Below, piece after piece: positions 57,542-64,000 of a DNA stretch of 64,000 nucleotides. The position numbers and the translations under genes are program-made. Positions within the stretch are counted from its first letter, which is position 1. Every line of letters begins with the position of its first letter. This DNA comes from an uncultured Candidatus Saccharibacteria bacterium. Its GTDB lineage: Bacteria > Patescibacteriota > Saccharimonadia > Saccharimonadales > CAYZZS01. The notes below the pieces were generated by a model. The model was given only the letters and a program-made list of their open reading frames with translations. It was not told where the DNA came from and searched no databases. Location: assembly GCA_964483035.1 (NCBI GenBank), contig CAYZZS010000002.1, forward strand, positions 24,872-88,871, given 5' to 3'.

Positions 57542-58435
57542 ATGCACCACGATGAAAAATCTAAACACATTCCGGTACTTCTGAAGGAAGTGCTCGAGTA
57601 TCTGGATCCGAAGCCAGGTGAATCATATCTGGATCTGACGGCTGGTTACGGCGGGCACGCCAGTGAAGTGCTGGCATGCACCAAAGCCTGGTCAAAGGCA
57701 GTGTTGGTAGACCGCGATGACAATGCCATTCGCGAGCTCACCAAGAAGTTCGAAGACCAGGATGTTCGAATCATACACGACGATTACTTGGCAGCCGCAA
57801 ACCGGTTACTGGAAGCAGGGCAGCGATTCGATCTGGTGCTGGCGGATTTAGGTATTTCGTCACCCCACATTGACACCGCGAAGCGAGGTTTCGCAATCAA
57901 TCTGGAGGGGCCGCTGGACATGCGAATGGACAGCCGCCAGGCATTGACTGCCGCGGATATCGTCAATACGTATCCGGAGGCTGACATTGCTGCGATACTG
58001 CGCGATTACGGGGAAGAGCCCAAAGCGGATCGGATAGCCCGTATGATCGTAGAGCATCGACCGATTGCGACAACGACCGAGCTGGCGGAAATAGCTGCCG
58101 CAGTATGGCCAAAGGGCAGAAGTCGGGTACATCCGGCGACACGCACCTTTCAGGCTTTACGTATAGTGGTAAATGACGAACTCGGCCTGCTGGAAGCAGC
58201 ATTGCCGGTCTGGTTCGATTTACTGAAGCCTGGCGGACGGATCGCCATCATCAGCTTTCATAGCCTGGAGGACCGGGTAGTGAAGCGGGCGATAGCTGAG
58301 CGGGCAGGCGACCGGTATGATGCTGATCTGAAAATCCAGACCAAGCAACCGGTAGTCGGCAGTCATGAGGAATTAGTTCTTAATCCGCGCGCACGGAGCG
58401 CAAAGCTCCGGGCCGCAGTGAAAATAAAAACATAA
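57542..58435 (+). CDS. rsmH: 16S rRNA (cytosine1402-N4)-methyltransferase RsmH/MraW
   Basis: Full-length match (DLTAGYGGHAS, DLGISSPH, FHSLEDR). Confidence 0.9.
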   Translation: MHHDEKSKHIPVLLKEVLEYLDPKPGESYLDLTAGYGGHASEVLACTKAWSKAVLVDRDDNAIRELTKKFEDQDVRIIHDDYLAAANRLLEAGQRFDLVLADLGISSPHIDTAKRGFAINLEGPLDMRMDSRQALTAADIVNTYPEADIAAILRDYGEEPKADRIARMIVEHRPIATTTELAEIAAAVWPKGRSRVHPATRTFQALRIVVNDELGLLEAALPVWFDLLKPGGRIAIISFHSLEDRVVKRAIAERAGDRYDADLKIQTKQPVVGSHEELVLNPRARSAKLRAAVKIKT

Positions 58436-58659
58436 AAGACGTTTCTGGCGCCAAAATAGCGCGAGTGACGTCACAAAAAGAAAGGGAAAGGCCTACTATG
58501 CCAATCCAGGTAAAAAGTAGCTCCCGCACATACAAAGTTCGCGTCAAAGTATTGTAGTTAAGTCCTACAATCCGCGGACAATAGGGAGGCGGACGCCGCT
58601 TCAAAATCAAGCGGCGTCCGTCAAGCGCACCTTTCTACCGGGCATACAGAAACAAAAAT

Positions 58660-59007
58660 ATGACATATTCAAGCTCACTTACCATGAATCGCCAGCGCTT
58701 TGCGCAGCGCAACCAAAACGCCGTTAGCTTTCGGGCGAAGACACGAACCATCGGTCCGATAAGCAACACTATTATCCTGATTGTCCTGGCATGCTTGCTA
58801 GGGCTGCTGTATCTTACTCAGGTCACTAAGACCAATGCCTACGGCTACACTATCAATGAACTTAACCAGCAAAAATCTGCATTAGCTGAAGAGCATGCGG
58901 AGCTGGAAGTAGAATCGGCTCGTTTACAAGCTGTAGACCGGATCAAGCACAGTGATATTGCTAAAGGACTGGTCTCCGTCGCGCCCAGCGGCTCTGTTCA
59001 GAACTAG
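58660..59007 (+). CDS. FtsL-like cell-division protein (single TM + coiled coil)
   Basis: Position between rsmH and ftsI; bitopic topology. Confidence 0.55.
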   Translation: MTYSSSLTMNRQRFAQRNQNAVSFRAKTRTIGPISNTIILIVLACLLGLLYLTQVTKTNAYGYTINELNQQKSALAEEHAELEVESARLQAVDRIKHSDIAKGLVSVAPSGSVQN

Positions 59008-59064
59008 CGTATAATAGTAAATCCGTGCCGGGATAAGACCCGTTGCCTCCGTGAGTATATTTGC

Positions 59065-60837
59065 ATGCGATCATCCATAACCAGCTCAACACCGGCCAAC
59101 CCGCTGACGCGTATAAAGATCATATACGCCGCATTGCTATTCATTGCCTGCATCTTCGCCATCAGGCTTTTTTATCTACAAATTATCAAACATGGACACT
59201 ACCAGAACGCCGCGATAACCGGGCAGCTAAAAGAGTATGAGATACCAGCCTCACGCGGGTTAATTGAAGCCTATGACGGGGACAAGATCGTGCCGATTGT
59301 CTTAAACGAAAAGAAATACACGCTGTTTGCAGATCCGATGTATATCGAGGATCCAGCGGAAGCCGCTGAAGCAGTACAGCGGATTATCGGCGGCAGTGCG
59401 GACGACTACCGCGAGCTAATGGGAGCTGATACGCGGTACGCGGTGCTGGCTAAGAAGTTGGACAAGGATCAGCGGGATGCTTTGGATGGGCTGGAGATTA
59501 AGGGAATTGGCACCAGGGAAGAGGAGTATCGTACGTACCCGCAAGGACAATTGGCAGCACAGCTGCTGGGGTTTGTTAATGATGACGGTGAAGGGAAGTA
59601 CGGAATCGAGCAGTACCTGGATAAAGAGCTGAGAGGCCGGCCTGGCCAGCTTCGGGCCATTACCGATGCCCGGGGGATACCCCTGGTGTCGAACAAGGAT
59701 AACGTGGCCATTAGCCCGGTTGCCGGCGAGAATGCTGTCTTAACCATTGATATCGCCATGCAGCGGCACGTCGAAGATATCTTGAAGAAGGGCGTCGAGG
59801 CTGCTAAGTCTAAGTTCGGCAGCGCGGTCGTTATGGATCCAAAAACCGGTGCTGTAAAGGCGATGGCTAATTTCCCGTCGTATAACCCGGCAGAATTTTA
59901 TAAAGTCGAGGATGCGGCGGTGTTTAATAACGCGGCTGCCTCCGAAGCGCTCGAAGTCGGTTCTGTCATGAAACCGCTGACACTGGCTGCAGCGCTCGAT
60001 AAAGGCGTAGTGAGCCGGGATACGACGTATTATGATCCGGGATTTATGAAGATTGACGGCGCCACGATTACCAATGTCGAGGAATCCGGCGGGGCCGGCA
60101 TTAAATCAATGGGCGATATTTTGCGCCTGTCTTTGAATACCGGCGCCTCCTTCTTGTTAGCGCAAATGGGCGGCGGGGAGGTCAATGAGCAGGCAAGGGT
60201 TACCTGGCATGATTATATGGTGAACCATTACGGATTTGGCCGGCCGACCGGTGTCGAGCAAGGGTTTGAAGCGTCGGGCACTATCCCTGACCCGCTGGAT
60301 GGGTTTGGCCTTAATATCCAATATGCTAACACCTCATTTGGTCAGGGTATGACTGCGACACCGCTGCAAGTCGCGGCTGCGATCTCAAGCGTCCTGAATG
60401 GCGGCACCTACTATAAACCGTACCTGATTGATCGGACTATCGACGGGAAGGGAGGTGAGGTGGTGCACGAGCCGGTTGCAGTGCGTAGCAATGTCGTGCA
60501 CGAGGGAGCGGGTAAGGCCGTGAAAGAATTGATGGAAGAGGTAATCCGCACAAACTACCGGACGTATGGATTTGATAGGATTAGAGCCGAGTATGCCATC
60601 GGCGGCAAGACTGGTACGGCCCAGATCGCCGATTCGGAAGGCGGCTATTACACGGATAGGTTTAATGGTGTGTTCATGGGGTTTGTCGGTGGAGACTCAG
60701 TTGATTATGTTATTGTCGTCCGGGTAGACGAGCCTAAAATCCCGGGCTATGCCGGCTCCCGTGCCGCCGGCCCAATATTTGCCGATATCGCTAATATGCT
60801 GATTGATACATTTTCTGTAACACCTAAATCAAGATAA
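59065..60837 (+). CDS. ftsI: Penicillin-binding protein (class B transpeptidase, FtsI-like)
   Basis: N-terminal TM, dimerisation domain, transpeptidase motifs (GSVMKP = SxxK, GGKTGTAQ = KTG). Confidence 0.85.
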   Translation: MRSSITSSTPANPLTRIKIIYAALLFIACIFAIRLFYLQIIKHGHYQNAAITGQLKEYEIPASRGLIEAYDGDKIVPIVLNEKKYTLFADPMYIEDPAEAAEAVQRIIGGSADDYRELMGADTRYAVLAKKLDKDQRDALDGLEIKGIGTREEEYRTYPQGQLAAQLLGFVNDDGEGKYGIEQYLDKELRGRPGQLRAITDARGIPLVSNKDNVAISPVAGENAVLTIDIAMQRHVEDILKKGVEAAKSKFGSAVVMDPKTGAVKAMANFPSYNPAEFYKVEDAAVFNNAAASEALEVGSVMKPLTLAAALDKGVVSRDTTYYDPGFMKIDGATITNVEESGGAGIKSMGDILRLSLNTGASFLLAQMGGGEVNEQARVTWHDYMVNHYGFGRPTGVEQGFEASGTIPDPLDGFGLNIQYANTSFGQGMTATPLQVAAAISSVLNGGTYYKPYLIDRTIDGKGGEVVHEPVAVRSNVVHEGAGKAVKELMEEVIRTNYRTYGFDRIRAEYAIGGKTGTAQIADSEGGYYTDRFNGVFMGFVGGDSVDYVIVVRVDEPKIPGYAGSRAAGPIFADIANMLIDTFSVTPKSR

Positions 60838-61037
60838 GGACAAACTATGCAACGATATTTTTCCATGAGCAGCCATCCACTAGCTTTGAGCAGATTCCAC
60901 GCTAGGCTTGCCAGTCATTATTATTCAGTATCAAAGAGGAGTATAATGAACGCATTGCAGTTTGTTGCCAAAAGTATAAATGACGCGGTAGGACTGACCG
61001 GGCGTAGCTTGCTGGGCATGACATCTAGCGGCAAGGG

Positions 61038-62102
61038 ATGGAAATAGCTATCATGGGAAATACATTTCAGATACTTGTAGAGACCGATACGGTTATCAGA
61101 ATCCTGCTGCTTGGCTTTATGGGTTTTCTGCTAAGCATGCTTATCACGCCGCTCTATACGACGCTGGCTTATAAGTATGAGTGGTGGAAGAAGCCGCGGG
61201 CTACTGCCGTAACAGGTGAGGCGGCCAAGGTCTTTAACAGTCTGCACGGTGAGAAACACAAGCGGCATATACCGACCATGGCTGGTATCGTGTTCGTGGT
61301 CGCGGTCGGACTAGTCACAGTGCTGTTCAATCTCAGCCGGGCTGAGACATGGTTGCCGGTGGCAGCTTTCGTGGGTGCAGGAGCAGTCGGGCTCATAGAC
61401 GATATTATCAATATCAAAGGCAGCGGAAACGGCGTAGCGGGCTTACCATCAAAGCTAAAGCTGCTGCTGATCGTGCTGATTGCGCTGATTGGCGGCTGGT
61501 TCTTTTACTATAAGTTGGATGTTACTACGATTCACATTCCCGTTCTGGCGATAGATCTGGCAATCGGCTGGCTGATTATCCCACTATTTGTGCTAGTGGT
61601 TGTAGCAACGGCAAACGCCGTGAACATCACGGATGGCTTAGACGGCTTGGCTGGCGGCCTGGTGTCTATGGCGTTTGTGACGTATGCCATTATTGCCTTT
61701 TTGGAGGGCAGGTATGGTATTGCCGGCTTTTGTATGACGATTGTCGGTGCACTGCTGAGCTACACCTGGTTCAATATCAATCCGGCCCGGTTCTTTATGG
61801 GCGACGTCGGCTCATTCTCGCTCGGAACAGCGCTAGGGGTGGTGGCTATGCTGACTGATACGATGGTGCTGCTGCCGATTATTGGTATCGTCTTTGTGGC
61901 TGAGGCTGGTTCGTCGATGATCCAGATCCTGTCTAAGAAACTGCGAAACGGGAAGAAGATCTTTAAGATTGCGCCAATTCACCATCACTTCGAAGCCAGT
62001 GGCTGGCCGGAAACCAAGGTGACGATGCGGTTTTGGATCATCGGTCAAGTGGCCAGTGTGCTCGGACTGATTCTGTTTCTGACAGGGAAGTACATCGGCT
62101 AG
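61038..62102 (+). CDS. mraY: Phospho-N-acetylmuramoyl-pentapeptide transferase MraY
   Basis: 10-TM polyprenyl-phosphate transferase motifs (NAVNITDGLDGLA, PARFFMGDVGS). Confidence 0.85.
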   Translation: MEIAIMGNTFQILVETDTVIRILLLGFMGFLLSMLITPLYTTLAYKYEWWKKPRATAVTGEAAKVFNSLHGEKHKRHIPTMAGIVFVVAVGLVTVLFNLSRAETWLPVAAFVGAGAVGLIDDIINIKGSGNGVAGLPSKLKLLLIVLIALIGGWFFYYKLDVTTIHIPVLAIDLAIGWLIIPLFVLVVVATANAVNITDGLDGLAGGLVSMAFVTYAIIAFLEGRYGIAGFCMTIVGALLSYTWFNINPARFFMGDVGSFSLGTALGVVAMLTDTMVLLPIIGIVFVAEAGSSMIQILSKKLRNGKKIFKIAPIHHHFEASGWPETKVTMRFWIIGQVASVLGLILFLTGKYIG

Positions 62103-62113
62103 GAGGGCGGTTT

Positions 62114-63370
62114 ATGCAGCCACGTTTCACATCACGCCGCAGACCGGGAGTTATGACGGCAAATGGCCGCAAGCATCGGCCGGACTATAAGCTGCCGCTG
62201 CTGAGTATCGCGCTGCTTGGTATCGGTTTGGTCGTGGTGTATGCTATCGGCCCCAGTCTGGCCGCCCAAAAAGATGTTGGCGAAAACTACTATGCAGGCA
62301 AGCAGGTTATCTCAATTCTGCTTGGCATTATCGCCTTTGCTATCACTGCCAATGTTCCGGTCAGCTGGTGGCGGCGGCTGACGAAAGCATTGATTGTGGC
62401 AGCTGCACTTGCATCAATAGCTGTCCGGGTGTTCGGCGAGGAAATCAACGGCGCGTACCGGTGGATACAGATAGGCGGCGTGTCGTTCCAGGCAGCCGAA
62501 CTGATAAAGTTTGCACTGCTTATCTGGCTGGCAGGGCTGTTGACTGAACGGATCAAGGACGGAAAACTGACCGATTATCATAAAAGCTTCAAGCCGCTTT
62601 TAATAGCCCTGGCTGTAATCGGGGCAGTGGTTGTGTGGTTGCAAAGTGACCTAGGGTCGGCAGCAGTGATGTTTGCGATGATGGCAGTTATGTTGTTCGT
62701 CGCCGGCCTGCCTATGAAACAGATATTGGCCTTTGGCGGCATAGTTTTGGTGGCGGTAATGCTGTTTATTGCCAGTACGCCGTACCGACGTGATCGGGTG
62801 GCGACATTCCTTAACCCTACGCAGGATTGCTTGAGCTCTGGTTACCAGTCCTGCCAGGCACTTATAGCTGTTGGCTCCGGTGGCATGTTCGGTAAAGGCT
62901 TGGGACACAGCGTGCAGGCAACCGGCTACTTGCCCGAGGCGGCCAATGACTCTATCTTTGCAATCTATGCCGAGAAGTTCGGGTTTTTAGGAGTAGCAGT
63001 ACTGCTAGGCTTATTTGTTGCCCTGTTTGTGCGGCTATTCCGTATTGCGGAGCGGGCTCCGGATGACTACGCAAGGCTGCTGATGATGGGCATCATAGCC
63101 TGGCTGGCTGCACAGTCGATTATCAATATTGGGGCGATGATCGGCATATTGCCGCTGAAGGGTATAACGCTGCCGTTTGTGAGCTACGGCGGCACCAGTC
63201 TGCTCTTTGTGACAGGTGTCATGGGTGTGGCTTTTCAGATATCACGGTATACTACATTTGTAACAGCAGCGAATACCAACAGTAATGAAGCAGGACGTCA
63301 TGCGAACAATCGTACTGACCGGCGGAGGATCAGGGGGGCATATCACCCCGGTCTTAGCGGTCGCGGATGA
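62114..63370 (+). CDS. ftsW: SEDS-family peptidoglycan glycosyltransferase FtsW
   Basis: GGAGGG RBS before ATG 62114 (ORF tool start 62033 overlaps mraY); 10-TM SEDS motifs; position in dcw cluster. Confidence 0.8.
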   Translation: MQPRFTSRRRPGVMTANGRKHRPDYKLPLLSIALLGIGLVVVYAIGPSLAAQKDVGENYYAGKQVISILLGIIAFAITANVPVSWWRRLTKALIVAAALASIAVRVFGEEINGAYRWIQIGGVSFQAAELIKFALLIWLAGLLTERIKDGKLTDYHKSFKPLLIALAVIGAVVVWLQSDLGSAAVMFAMMAVMLFVAGLPMKQILAFGGIVLVAVMLFIASTPYRRDRVATFLNPTQDCLSSGYQSCQALIAVGSGGMFGKGLGHSVQATGYLPEAANDSIFAIYAEKFGFLGVAVLLGLFVALFVRLFRIAERAPDDYARLLMMGIIAWLAAQSIINIGAMIGILPLKGITLPFVSYGGTSLLFVTGVMGVAFQISRYTTFVTAANTNSNEAGRHANNRTDRRRIRGAYHPGLSGRG

Positions 63371-64000
63371 AGTAAAACGGCTTAGTCCGGATGTCAGGCT
63401 GATTTATGTTGGTCAAAAGGGTGATCGACTCGGTGATATTCCTGCCCAGCACCCGTCAATAGATGAAGTGCATGCAGTGAGGGCGGGCAAGTTCCGGCGT
63501 TATCACGGTACCGGGCTTAAACAACTGCTTGATCTGCCGACTATAGCCTTGAATATACGGGACGGCTTTCGGGTTGTTGCCGGGTTTTTTGAAAGCCGGA
63601 AGCTGCTTAGGCGGCTGAAGCCGGAGATCATCTTTATCAAAGGCGGCTTTGTTGGTGTGCCGGTTGGTTTGGCGGCCGCCTCGAAGCGTATTCCATTCGT
63701 GACGCATGACTCTGATAGTATTCCGGGCCTGGCTAACCGGATAATTAGCCGATGGGCGGCTATGTATGCGGTCGGCATGCCCAAGGAGCTATACCCCTAT
63801 CCGGCAGAAAAAACCCGATATGTCGGCGTACCGATTAGCGGCAATTACAAGCCTGTTTCGGGTGCCGAGCAGCGCAAGCTCAAGGAGTCTTTAGGAGTGG
63901 CGGCGGATGCTCCGCTGCTGCTGGTCACCGGGGGCGGGCTTGGGGCCGAGCGGATTAATAAGGCGGTCATCAGGGAATTGCCAGCCTTACTGGATGCAGT
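63300..64000 (+). CDS. murG: UDP-GlcNAc:lipid I GlcNAc transferase MurG (3' end beyond window)
   Basis: MRTIVLTGGGSGGHITPVLAV = G-loop 1 of MurG; continues to the window edge; overlaps the ftsW 3' end. Confidence 0.8.
   Translation, partial: MRTIVLTGGGSGGHITPVLAVADEVKRLSPDVRLIYVGQKGDRLGDIPAQHPSIDEVHAVRAGKFRRYHGTGLKQLLDLPTIALNIRDGFRVVAGFFESRKLLRRLKPEIIFIKGGFVGVPVGLAAASKRIPFVTHDSDSIPGLANRIISRWAAMYAVGMPKELYPYPAEKTRYVGVPISGNYKPVSGAEQRKLKESLGVAADAPLLLVTGGGLGAERINKAVIRELPALLDA

Noticed and set aside
60847-61047. 66-codon ORF between ftsI and mraY
   Set aside because: It overlaps the probable mraY start and has no recognisable motif. It is mentioned in a finding but not called as a feature.

Overview
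This 64-kb window reads as chromosomal DNA from a compact, roughly 55% GC monoderm-type bacterium. Genes are tightly packed on both strands and I found no tRNA or rRNA genes, no CRISPR array and no transposase or integrase. Several features fit a Patescibacteria/Saccharibacteria-like or Actinobacteria-like lineage (class I LysRS fragment, heliorhodopsin, Rpf, DUF1996, PP2C-FHA, SD-less starts), but the taxon cannot be decided from sequence alone. The code is standard, with TGA, TAG and TAA all used as stops. Housekeeping genes present are a class-I-type LysRS fragment, msrA (interrupted), rlmD-like, rsmE, serS, hpf, secA, prfB without a frameshift, ftsE-ftsX, ctpA, pyrG, rpmA, xseA/xseB, recO, glyQS, and a dcw cluster mraZ-rsmH-ftsL-ftsI-mraY-ftsW-murG. 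The most interesting content is listed below.
- A 7TM heliorhodopsin-like gene (1588-2487) with a K/T-rich N-terminal tail and no retinal biosynthesis genes nearby.
- An ftsEX-linked pair of coiled-coil peptidoglycan hydrolases, CHAP and M23. The M23 domain appears circularly permuted, and the two genes share a 163-bp perfectly identical segment.
- A pair of paralogous low-complexity proteins built from roughly 40-aa '...ARAxADxDWxNFV' repeats, divergent from a PP2C-FHA fusion.
- An in-frame TAA interrupting msrA just after its GCFWG active-site motif.
- A pseudo-receiver (phospho-Asp replaced by Glu) next to a degenerate kinase-like gene.
- A leaderless 55-aa ORF bracketed by a consensus sigma70 promoter and a strong intrinsic terminator upstream of mraZ.
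- A four-copy GTGGG MraZ operator overlapping the mraZ promoter.
- Several islands of small uncharacterised ORFs (40.5-43.4 kb, 47.3-49.7 kb).
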